Origin: Catajapyx aquilonaris
Lineage: Eukaryota
Assembly: GCA_000934665.2 (NCBI GenBank)
Contig: JYFJ02000723.1
Location: 1 to 64,000 of the forward strand
DNA: 64,000 bases
Direction: 5' to 3'
A model generated the notes under the pieces. The model did no database searches and was not told the DNA's origin. It worked only from the letters and a program-made list of their open reading frames with translations. The position numbers and the translations under genes were made by a program. Below are positions 15,390 through 27,144 of the stretch, one piece after another. Position 1 is the first letter of the stretch, and every line of letters starts with the position of its first letter.

Positions 15390-17797
15390 ATGACCACACC
15401 TACGAAACCATTCATCGATGATGGCAAAGGAGCATCCATCTTCCGGCAGGTATTGAAGTGCAGTCCTGTCCTCTGTATTATAATTTCCATGTACTATGAT
15501 TATAAAACCCACATTTCCGTGCATGTTGGAATATCTGGAGGGGGGATCTCCACACTGGCCAAATATGTACAGATGTCACATACCGTTATATGTGTGACGT
15601 TTATCTGCACTTATCTTCTGAAGGTTTTCAACTTGCTCGTGTGTGCCGATTATGTGTGAGGTGATCAATTACGAAGTTGACAAAAATAACGCTACTTTTT
15701 ATTTTTGTTCTGCAGATATTTGCAGTACTTATCGTGAATTTATCCACTCTGGCAACAGGAGGTAATATTGGAATTTCTGGACCTGTTTTACCACAGCTCC
15801 GAGATGATGTCGATATCAAAATGAGCGAAGATGAAGGGTCATGGTTCGGTTAGTTAACTACTTCAATGCCACTCTATGTTAAGGGAGGAAAATCACAGTT
15901 GTTACTTTTTCCAGTTAGCCTGGCATCAATAACTAGCATTCCAATGACTATTTTGGGAGCAGTTCTTTCGGACAGAATAGGAAGAAAGAAGACCATCTTA
16001 TTGTCAACCATACCGACATTCGCAGGTTGGGTCACCATGGCATTTGCTGCTAACACAGGTACAATATTGGGAGGAAGGATCCTGACTGGTTTCATCAGTC
16101 TTGGGACATGTACTGTTCAGGTATACCGTGGATTTCTTATTATTATTTCCAAAAAACCAAAATATCACACAGGTCACTAAAACTTCCTATAATAAATTAT
16201 AAATACAACTTTTGATATCAAAGATATATGATTCGTATCCACACTGGACACAAACTCCAAAAAACTTGCTAGTTTTTTGCAAATGCAACCGTCAGTGAGA
16301 CATTATAGGCATTGAAGAAACCAGATTGGCAAATCACGCGAGAATGATTCGAGTATGCTTTTTCTCATTGCCAAGGCAATTGAAATTCGACAACAACGAC
16401 ATAGAATGTTGTCAGTCTCATTTCTCGTTGCCAAGGAACCCCAAGGACACCCGCCTGTAAACTTGACCTTGGCGAATAAAGTTAATCCGGAAACCCGGAA
16501 GTGGTCGGTCACCGGAAGTTCATCTAAAAATATGCAGCCCGCGTAAATACGTAAATTAACGATCTTGATACTGTAATATTTGGGCGTTCTGTTTAGCATG
16601 GTTCTGGTAGTGGTGGTATACTTGCAAAAGTTGCGTATAAAGTAGAGAGTAGTATATACTTGAGGTAGCACCAATAACGAAAAAAGCATTACAATATTTA
16701 TTGTTCTTGCAGGTTTATGTGGCCGAGTGTTCCGAAGTTCACCTGAAAGGTCTCTTTGGGTCATTCTTTCTCTGCATTTCTTCGCTGGGTGTCCTAATAA
16801 CTTACGTCCTGGGAACATACCTCCCTTGGAGGGTGGTCTGCGGATCGTGTTCTGTACCTTTAGTGTTCCTGTTCTTGGCCTTATTTTTTATACCGGAATC
16901 TCCTCCATGGTTGCTCTCCAAAGGAAAACTCTCAGAAGCATTTCGGTCCCTCCGAAGACTCCGTGGACTCAAACACAACGTCCAGCCAGAAATGACCACC
17001 ATGATTGTTCACCGTCCAGAGCAAAATGAACCAACACCCAAGCAGAACTTCTTTAGGAAGATTTGGACGTCTGGCGCTCTGAGGCCCCTCGCAATTTTGG
17101 GTGTCATATTTTTCTGGCAGCAATGCTCAGGAGCCTACGTTGTCATCTACTACGCCGCCGATGTCTTCAGCAAGCTTCCGGGTGTCGAATACCACCTGGG
17201 CACTGTCCTGGTATGTTCATGCTCCCTTAACTCTAATTGTTGCTTATACTGGTTTTGATTCCTCAGGTGGGGACCGTCAGGGTTCTCTTCACGTTCGTGG
17301 GCATTGTAGTCATCAAGTATTCCCGACTACGTCCAGTGACGATATGCTCTGGAATTGGCATGACAGTGACTTTGCTCGCCGCAGTGTCCAACATGTACTG
17401 GGGCTCGCAATCAAACTGGATACCAGCCACCATATTAGTGCTGTTTGTGGGGTTTGCCACACCAGGCGTAATGATGGTTCCTTGGATACTTATTGGAGAA
17501 GTGTTTCCTCTTGAGATACGAGGAGCCATGAGTAATCTAGCGGCCTGCATGGCGGGGACCTTCAGCTTCCTTAGCTTGAAAACCTACCCACTCCTTGTAA
17601 ATTTGATGGATCAGAGGGGTGCATTTGCGTTGTATGGAGCGATTTCTTTCGCTGGAACTCTCTTTACCTTCTTCTTCATGCCCGAAACCAAAGGCATAAG
17701 CTTAGGGACGATTGAAAAGGACTTGAGAGAAAGACAAACGAAGAAAGCAAACGGGTATCAACAGTCAGAGCAGCAGGGACTATGTGAGCATTCCTAG
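15390..17797 (+). CDS. Tret1-like sugar transporter paralogue C
   Basis: Exons 15390-15449 (start codon less certain), 15716-15848, 15915-16120, 16713-17210, 17267-17797, with GT-AG introns. Motifs: SDRIGRK, GRILTG, PESPPWL, QQCSG, GEVFP, PETKG. Confidence 0.9.
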
Positions 17798-19079
17798 ACA
17801 TACCGGTACTACAACCGCGAGTCCTTTATTCCAGGTTATTTATCTCTCCCTATTTAATGCATGCACTGTATAAAGCTTATTTCAAAGCTTCATTATTTTA
17901 ATGTTGATTACAATAATTTTATTACCTATTGCTTTCTTCTTATTTACACGAGGGCTGTTTTTGTTAAGTTCCGATGAATTGTGAAAGAAAAACAATAGTG
18001 GTGAAAAAAATTAATGCCCACAAAAGCGGCCAGATCGCAATGTTAGCAATAAAAGAAAATTTCATCAGCCTTGCCTTTCTTTCCAAGCTCATCCGAACTA
18101 ATACAAAATAGCCCTGGAATATGCACATGATTACCTCATCAAGCAATAACCTTTATTGACTACTGTGGATTACATAATTAGTTGAATTATCACATGGCAT
18201 GACATTTTTAAGCAACGGTCATACCTGGTCATACGGAGAATGGAAAGTAGGATTGGAAGATACCGGTACCTTACTTAAAAAGTAATTAATTAAAATGTTG
18301 AGCGAAACTCGGGTGTTTACTACATTACGCTAGGAGTTAGGCTACTAAAGCGTGCTAAGTGAGCCTAATTATATGATTCAACAAATTCCATTACTGCCAT
18401 TACTTATCGACATCGTAAATCTGATAATGTGAAGTATCTAGGCTGTCAGATCTCTACAGTAGTATCATGGTTATTAATACATCAGCCACCAATAAAAGTA
18501 ACAATCAATATTGTGGTGAAAATATGTTTCGGCCTTGTCCATAACATCCTCAACATATGGCAGTGTCAGGAAGAATGCGTATTATGAAGGTTATTCATAC
18601 ATACGTCACTACGTTACTTATGCCTGTCAACAAAATTAGACCTCGGCAAACCTGCAAAGCAGCTGGGCTAATCTCACATTGGATACATCAGACAGGAAGC
18701 TCCGCGATGTGCAAGAGTAAGTAAGCGTTCTGAGTTCAAAATCATATGAAACGACACTTTATTGAGACGGACTACCGGGCTCTCGGCTTCAAAACTATTG
18801 CACTGGATCAAGTACACCACGATAATGACATCTGCTTTCATGTTGGAACAGTTTGTACAGTAGAAACTCCGCTTCACAATAACCACACTCTGTTGAACCG
18901 TTTACGATTTATAACAAAACAAGTCACACAGGTTGTGTTTGAGATGACCCAACCTCTACACCATCATACTTTCCATCACCGTCTCATGCGAGTTAATACT
19001 ATAACGATGATGATTATATCAACATCCGTTTCTTTTTCCTACAGCTCATCTCGTGCCTTGTGGCCCAAGTTCTGTTTTC

Positions 19080-19400
19080 AAGCAGCAGGCTACAACAGGC
19101 TCTTCCCTGGGTGCTTAAGGGGCATGAATTAGGAAAGTATGTGGTTCGTTTCAGAAAATTATACGCACCTCGACTGTCTTGAACGCCATCTGAATTTGGC
19201 CATATTGTGATGGACGCGATCGGATCTAGCCAACATGCAATATGCCGATATCATGATGGAAGAGGAAAAAAGAAAATGCCAAAGCAAGAAGACTCCAAAA
19301 AAAAGAGCTGAAGAGAAAACAATGAATGTGATGCACGTGGCTGGTTCCATTTCAATCCAGACGGAGGGTGCCCAGTCATGGTCTTCGATTTAAAAAAAAT
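19080..19400 (+). mobile_element. Possible decayed 3' end of an RTE-like LINE
   Basis: Broken frame includes FGHIV followed by a basic purine-rich tract and an A-rich tail, reminiscent of RTE ORF C-termini. Heavily degraded. Confidence 0.25.
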
Positions 19401-20270
19401 ATATATATATATATGTGAAACCCACATCCAATTGAACCCTTATGGAGCAATCAGTTTTACGAGATTCAATTTGGTATCAATGCATAAAAATTACTGTTAG
19501 TGCAATTAAAATGTATTACATTACTGTAGTCACTTATGATGGTGAAGTACAGTACCGGAAAACATGGAAATCTTGGAAGGTTTTTTTTTTTTGCATGCCT
19601 GTGCACGTCCAGTATATCACAGTATTTCTTCGGTACTAAGGTACACTGTACAATACTTCTTTCAGCTATATACTAAGATTATGTCCGACGTGACTTGACT
19701 ATACAAACGCGTCCACAACAGCGTCGGCTAAATCGAATACTGTATTATGAAAAGCATCAAAGTGATACGATATTTATGTATCTGCCAAAGTTTCCCGTAT
19801 GCCTATATTTCCGGCACCATTGCATGTGCAGTCCACGAGTCCTATACTGTACATGTGAAAAATGCAGTTTCAAATGTTAAAAATTTAAGTGATTACAACG
19901 CATTAGTTCCACAAAATCTCGAAGTAGTAAATTACATTAATCTGCATAATTATCAATAAAAATTAATGTAAATGTAAATTAACAGACGCTTGAGATACGT
20001 CAACAGGTTCTCGTGAAGATATATTGACAGATAGTGCTTTTTCTCTGCGGGGGACAGTTCATCCGAAGCGAATCCCAGCTGCGCCAATGAATTGTTTCCC
20101 TTTGACACCTCAATGAGATCTGACGTGCGACTTCAGGGTAATATTACTGTGCACTGCATATAAATAAAGAAATCCTGCATAAATGCCGACAGGCTCTTTT
20201 GCTGCGGAATCTCCGTACAGCGCACCACATATACTCCTGACACTGGTCACAGCACGTGTTGGTTGGTGAC

Positions 20271-23200
20271 ATGGCGTCCGGAAGAAATTCACAGCTTAAA
20301 AGGAGAGACGATGCTTGGCCTCAAGTAAGTTGCAATTTGCAACAGCTTGGTAAATTTTTTTTAGAAGCAATGTCAACATGATTGGTGATATTTATATAAA
20401 CAGAATCACGCGCTTATCAGTGTCAAATCCAAAAGGTTGCACATGTTGTGGTCGAGCATGGCACAGCTCCAGCATCAAAATCAAATCAATAGTATGTGCC
20501 TATACTTGACTACTTATGATATAATACTGACGTCACAGAACATGTACTGCTGAAATATTAATTTTTCAAATCAAATCTTTCTCGCGCATTTTGCAGTGTT
20601 CGTTGTAAGGCAGGGTATTCGTTTAATTCGGTTTAATTGGTAAATAATTGCCTCTATATACTGTTGTTTTAATTCATCGCCAATGTTAATCCCTCAAATC
20701 TAACTGCTTCTCGACTACACCATGCAATTGGACGAAATGAAATGAAATTCCTAAAATTCAATAATGCGGTGTGAATGGTAGAAATACTACAAATTGGTAA
20801 CATTAATATCTTCACCCCAACTCTGGAGATAACAGAATTCTTCCTTCTTGGACCCGATCTGCAGGTTTAGCTTATTAACAACTGGGTAAGTATACTGTAT
20901 GATGCCATTTCAACGTCATATCTCTTCTCACCATGATAGGGGGGATCAAAAATGATGTTTCAAAAATTACGGGCTATTAGTGACGATTTATGACGCAGTC
21001 ACCTCGAAACACATCACTGAAAAAGTCGTCCAACCCAAGTTAGTGCTGGGGGTCACGGCCTCAAGATATAGGAAAAATATAATTCGCGATAAACTAATGA
21101 ATTGGCAAGCGGCGCATTTAGAGTTTGTCTAACCCACACCATGCATTGAAAACGCTTTTGTTGACAGTATTGAAACAATCAGTGTGTCTGTGAGAGTGAT
21201 GAGGCCTTCACTATGTCTAGTTCCATCGAGAGCGGTAAGTTTAAACTACTTAACTATATACTGAAAATATGAACAACCTACTAGCTTGGCAAGGGCCATG
21301 CTGACAAGCAATACTTTCATTAACTAAGCAATCATTTATTAGTGACATATATCCAGTGCGTTTTCTGAAATATGAATGAAGCTTTCTCTTAATTTTTACT
21401 TTCAAACACTCACAATAGACATTTTCACCAAGTAATGAGGATATTAATATATTTCCAAATGCTAGTGTGCAATAACATGTTATGTCTTTCCACCTAGTGT
21501 AACTTTGGCGTAGAACAATGCGACTGCCATTAACCTGCCACCATGCAGAAATTCGATGTCCATGAAAGCGACATAATAGAGATTGCTGTAATGTCATTGT
21601 ATTGTCCCCTAGATCCTGGTGGTCCTGGTAGTTAATGTGACTGCCCTCATCATGGGAATGACAATAGGCTTCTCTGGAGTCGCACTTCCAGAAATTAGAT
21701 CTGACCGTATCTTCAAGAACATAACAGCTCAAGAGGATTCATGGATTGGTATTAAAAAATCATGCACTATTAATTATTATGCACCTGGACACTGACACCA
21801 CGAACATTGAATAAATCTTTTAGCAAGTTTGCCCATGCTGTCATTCCCCTTGGGCAGTCTGGTTGGTGGAGGAACAGTGGAGTATTTTGGAAGAAGGATG
21901 ACCATCTTGGGCTCGGCCATACCCAATCTGGTGGGCTGGATTATGATTGCAGTAGGATCCAGTGTGGAGCTTCTTTATGCAGGAAGATTTGCTACAGGGT
22001 TCAGCATGGGAATAGCTGCTGGAGCCCAACAGGTGATCGCTCCAATCATCACTCTACTTGATAATCTGTCTGTGCAATAATACCAGTTGTTCCCAAGGAA
22101 ATCCAAATTAAGATGTACCATACCAAGAGTAAATGACCATACGCAATCAGTTTTTCCAAATCTATGCAATCCAAGTAAACTTAAAACGACTAAACGTAAC
22201 CATTCAAAAGTAACTTCTTAAGATTCAGAGCTTTAGTAGGTCATTCAATTTGGCCCAATATTATCGCATAAACATATGAACAAAATGCAATACCAAATCA
22301 AGATGCAACACGTAGTTCCCAGCATATTACACTCCTGACACATAAATTTTGACCTAATTATGTGAGTGCAACTGGAGCATAGATAATAATTCACAAGGGT
22401 TATGTAAGGTGATGTAACAGTTCCGATATAGTGCGAACCTATCATTGCAAAACCTTAGCATAAGCCTACTCACAACTGGAATGGAATTGGACCCAATTAC
22501 AATTCATACAGTCTACAAGCAACAAAATAAAACACCTTTAATATTCCAGATGATGAAACTTGCAGTTGATAGGTTTACAGCACTTTTATATGGTATAAAC
22601 AGAATTCCTCCTTGTTGATGCACATTCATATGATCAGTTTATGTGTTTAAATTTTTTGTATTGGCATTTGTATTTTTATTTATATGTTTGTGTGTTTGTT
22701 GGTAATACTCCATGACAGGGCCAGGGGCCCTCTTGTGGGGTGCTCTTAAGGAGTAATTTCTGACCCTCTGAAATACCAAACCTTTTCTCTTGGCCCTGGG
22801 CAGAGAAGGGAGTGCAATTCTGCCCAGACATGTCAGGTGAAAAACGGGAAAAGCCCCGACCAAGCAAATAGAGGTGACGGGGATGGGATTTGAACCGCGG
22901 ACCTCCCGCTTGGGTGGCCAGTAGCTTAGCCACTAGACCTCCATGCCCCCTTTATTTTCTTTATTTTTATTATGTTTGGTACTATTTGATCTGTAAACCA
23001 CCGTGAAAATCGCCCCTTAAAAACTATTATCATGTCATAACCAAGATATCTGCATTACTGAGTTTTCCACAACTGCCAGCTTAGCATATACTGTAGACTG
23101 TAGAGGGAAAATAGTGTTTCTTTTCACACATGTAAAACTCAATAACTAATATCAAAAGGTGTGCTTCTCCCATATTTAGGAAGTGGCAAGATGATAATAA

Positions 23201-25736
23201 TAATAATGCTCATTCTTTGAATATTCAGGTGTATGTTGCAGAAATAAGTGAGACTTACCTCAGAGGCATCTTGGGCTCCTCTCTTCCTGTGGGCCTGGCA
23301 CTGGGAACCTTCCTGGAGTATCTCTTCTCCATTATTTGCACCTGGAGGGAACTGGCGGCAGTGGGAGCAGGATTTTCTGCTCTTCAACTCATTCTCACTT
23401 GGTTCATCCCTGAGACGCCAGTTTGGCTCATCACTGCAGGGAAGCATGAAAAGGTGATAATGTTAAAAGTATATAGCCATCAGCATTTGATTCACTGCAC
23501 AATACAGCATATACTGTATTAGCAATAAAATTGCACGTCTATGAATGCACAGAATATCGGTACAATTCACTGAAAAATGGATTAACTTAATTCACAGCAT
23601 TTACTAAACCGCTGCTATTTCCTCTCCCCACTGACGTTGTCTGTGGAAGGTATATATTTCCATAGGCCATCACCATCAATGGGGCCGTCCATAATCCGCG
23701 CAGACAGATTTTTTCACTTTTTTACCTCCCCCCCTCCCCTTTGCGGACAGAAGCGGACAATTTCTTACCTCCCCCCCTAAAAATTGCGCGGACATGGCCT
23801 CCTTGACCCCCCCCCCTGCCCCCGCTTCGCCACACTGAAAGTGGTATTTTCAATATATTGTTATTTTTTTATTTTTTGATATCTACACACAAATTCCTTT
23901 TTTCAGAGGTATTACGGTATATTTGAGAGGTCTGACTAAAAAAACGGCCGAGTCCTTAATATTCATTTGACGTTTATTGTCCGCGCGTACAACTGACTTC
24001 TACCCCCACCCCCCTGTACGGACAAAAGCGGACAAAGTGCAACCCCCTCCCCCCCTTCACTTGTCCGCGCGGATTATGGACGGCCCTATAGCATAATAAT
24101 GTCTGTATGTTACAGCAGACAATGCACAGGTAGTACTTCCAGACCTTTGCCTTAGTCATTATTCGATGTGTTTGCCTAGTTTTCTCTGTGGGCATCAACT
24201 GAGGCAGCACAAACCCCATGAAAATCCATTACATCAGGCATGCAAAATACAGTACACTGCATAAAGATTCGATAAATTACCCTCCAGGCTACGCATTTGA
24301 AGCTGTGGTTGACACACCATCTGATATTATGCAATCATGATTTGTACAGTACATAAACAACTGTTATTAACATCACCAGCACGTTATTTCCTTATTATGT
24401 TTTCTGACACAGGTGCTGGCAAAGAACCATTCTCAGTAATGCTCCATAAAATTACTGCAATAGTCCTATACCTGTCACAGCTGACAAAAGAAATGAAATG
24501 TTTGTTATCGTGTCATTTACAATAAAACACTGCTAATAGTACCTGTTGCATTAAGTTCAGGAAGACTGTTAAAACCTTATTACTATTATTCCCCAAGAAT
24601 AGTGTAAACATGTAATTCTCTTTTAAGCTAATAACTAAGATATAGGCACTTACAGGAACTATTTTACAGTAACTACTGACAATTAAAATATCACAATGCA
24701 CTTGCTTTGCATGGAACCTTTGTTCCAGTCACAGTGTATGAAATTATTCTTTCAATATAATGACAATTATTATGATTAATTTATTCAGACTTGTGAATTT
24801 TATCAGGCCAAAGAAGCTATGCAAAAGCTTCGTGGACCAGCCTTCGACACAGAAGCAGAGTTGAGCGAACTACTCCAGCACCAAACTGACACCAAGCAAG
24901 CTGAGCAAGGACAACCACTGGAGCAGCAAGCACAAAATGCAGGAAAAGTCACTGTGGTGGCAGACACAGTGAAAAAGCTTCTTGTCCCGCAGATCATAAA
25001 GCCCTTCTTCATACTTGTGATCCTCTTCTTCACCCAAGTATACTGCGGCTCTCCAGCTATGGTCTTCTACTTAGCCGACATCTTTCATGACGCTGGGGCT
25101 GGGGTGGACACTACTACCTCCACCCTCATCACAGGAGCTGTCAGGGTGCTTCTGACTGCCATGACACCTGTCCTCTTGTGGAAGATGCAAAACCGAAAGC
25201 TCCTCATTCACACTGGTTGGCCCATGACCATACCTCTTGTCCTCCTGGGAACCTTCCACTTCCTTGCTCAACCAAATCACTACCCAGAGCTGGAAGATAT
25301 GGCCTACACCAACTGGATACCAACAATGTGCATCCTCATTTTCTTTGTCTTCAACACACCTGGCTTTGGTACCCTTCCATGGTGTCTACTGGCAGAACTA
25401 TTCCCATCAAACCTCCGTGGCCTTCTGTCTGCCCTCATCACCTTTATTGTAAGCCTGCTCATGTTCTCCATTATCAAAGGCTATCCTTTCATCTTGGAGT
25501 CCATGGGAAAGGCTGGAACATTCTGGTTTTTCGGTGCGGTCTCCCTTGCCGGAACCATCTTTGTGATGGTGTGTCTCCCTGAGACCAAAGATATGACTCT
25601 GGATGAAATTGAAGAGTACTTTTCAAAGGGTGGAAGTGTGTTCAGGAGTGAAAATTACCAACACCATCATAGTCGTGGAGCAGGAAAAAGAAGAAGTGAC
25701 TCTTCTTCTGGACGACTCAGCATTCCATCTACATAA
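20271..25736 (+). CDS. Tret1-like sugar transporter paralogue D
   Basis: Exons 20271-20324 (MASGRNSQLKRRDDAWPQ then GTAAGT), 21613-21748, 21824-22032, 23229-23453, 24807-25736. Motifs: EYFGRR, GRFATG, PETPVWL, AELFP, PETKD. Confidence 0.9.
22640..22950 (-). mobile_element. tRNA-derived SINE (family 1) in an intron of paralogue D
   Basis: Minus strand has an A-box-like GGTCTAGTGG and a B box GGTTCAAATCC, a non-tRNA body and an A/CA-rich tail. Confidence 0.75.
23682..24086. mobile_element. MITE with 20-bp terminal inverted repeats
   Basis: GGGCCGTCCATAATCCGCGC at the left end and its exact reverse complement at the right end. Subterminal GCGGACA repeats; non-coding. Harbinger-like affinity is only an impression. 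Confidence 0.85.
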
Positions 25737-26326
25737 TGCATGGCACACTCGACACTCCAATAAGAAGTGATGAATCTCTGCACATTTCACTTGAATCCCA
25801 TTTAAAAGGGCACTTGGCAAGAGCCATTCACATGCAATATGCACCTAAGACCCTCAAAAATTTTAACACATTAACATCAGGCCACAGATATAATATTGTC
25901 CAGCAAATTTTCATAGTATCATAGTTACATTGTAGAAGTTAGTCAATATACACTGTATAGTCCCATTTCTTTGCATGACATTGCACGTAAACATAAACAG
26001 CCATAAACAAATGAGATTATGGTTTAGTTCAACCATAATTTCATTTGGTCAGTTTGTAGCACCATGTACAACCATGCTTAATCAGAGCTTAATTGAGTCA
26101 AATATGTCTAGTAAATTTATATTAATTTGTCCAATGCCATGTGATGATCAATAAAAGGAGCTGTGCCTGTTCTTGCTACTGTCCTTTCCCTGTCTATGGG
26201 TATGCTGTGCCAAGAGCTGGCTGTGCTTATAACATTTTTCTGCCAATCAAGATTAATCGCTAAATATAGCCCGTGACCTGTGATTCCAAAATATCCTCCA
26301 CACTTGTGCACATTCTAAATAGCATG

Positions 26327-26365
<39 letters not shown>
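26327..26365. repeat. (TGA)n microsatellite
   Basis: About 13 perfect units. Confidence 0.95.
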
Positions 26366-26638
26366 CATACACTGCCACTGATGTACAAGTTATGTAACCC
26401 ACAATACTTTTGCACAGTTCATGTAGACGACCAGTTCACATCATATAAAATAAAAATTTTAAAAATGTAATATATTGTATGTAAATAAATCCTATTGAAA
26501 TCCTGGAGATTATAAGCAAATCACAAAGTTGTCACATCTACAACAATAACCCAATGCTCCATACACTCCGCTGTCTATACATATATCTCTACAAACAATG
26601 ACTGTGAGAGGTACGCAGCATTTACCTCAGTAAACAGC

Positions 26639-26975
26639 AAAAAGATAGTCAAATGAACACACCCAGGGAGCATATACTACATGTAGTATAATAGCTCCCT
26701 GACACAACCATGAGTTAATGTTCCTGATAATTATGCTGCATCTGCATGCCTGCTGCATCAGCTAGGCATTGTACTCACCAACACCAATGATCCGGCCCCG
26801 GCAACAAGTGTGGATTCAGCCACCGCAGGTCACGCTTCCGGTCCCATCTCGACCCCCGTTTGGCCCTGGGCAGGAACCGGGGCTGACAAAGTGACAAATA
26901 ATTAAACCATGGAACATGTTCGAGCCGGTTCCTCCCGCGCTCAACCTCACTCCACAGGTAGCAGGCACCACTCAT
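26639..26975 (-). ncRNA. Candidate structured non-coding RNA, family unknown
   Basis: Five nested complementary segments plus a downstream long hairpin, a TATA-like element about 25-30 nt upstream, and a T5 run at the 3' end (see findings). Confidence 0.4.
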
Positions 26976-27144
26976 ACAATCAAAAAGCGGCTATCTGGCA
27001 TATATTGTGTTGGCTATGTTATTTACGGCCCGATATGCGCAGGTAGTAGGCCCCGTTTTCATTTGGAAATTTGGAAGGCTGCGTCACACGTGGTGTGGGA
27101 CTTGTTTTAATTTTCGTCGTTTTTAGACTGACTGGATTGCAAAA

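Noticed and set aside
25736..25924. TAATG stop-start coupled ORF after paralogue D
   Set aside because: 62 aa with no recognisable features; consistent with chance in a 3' UTR.
26639..26975. Assignment as RNase P, MRP, 7SK, SRP or telomerase RNA, or as a 66-aa protein
   Set aside because: Only isolated resemblances (e.g. TGAGTACAATG like RNase P CR-IV). CR-I/CR-V, GAAAGTCCCC, paired GATC motifs, SRP helix 8 and a CCTAAC template are missing. The ORF has no recognisable motif.
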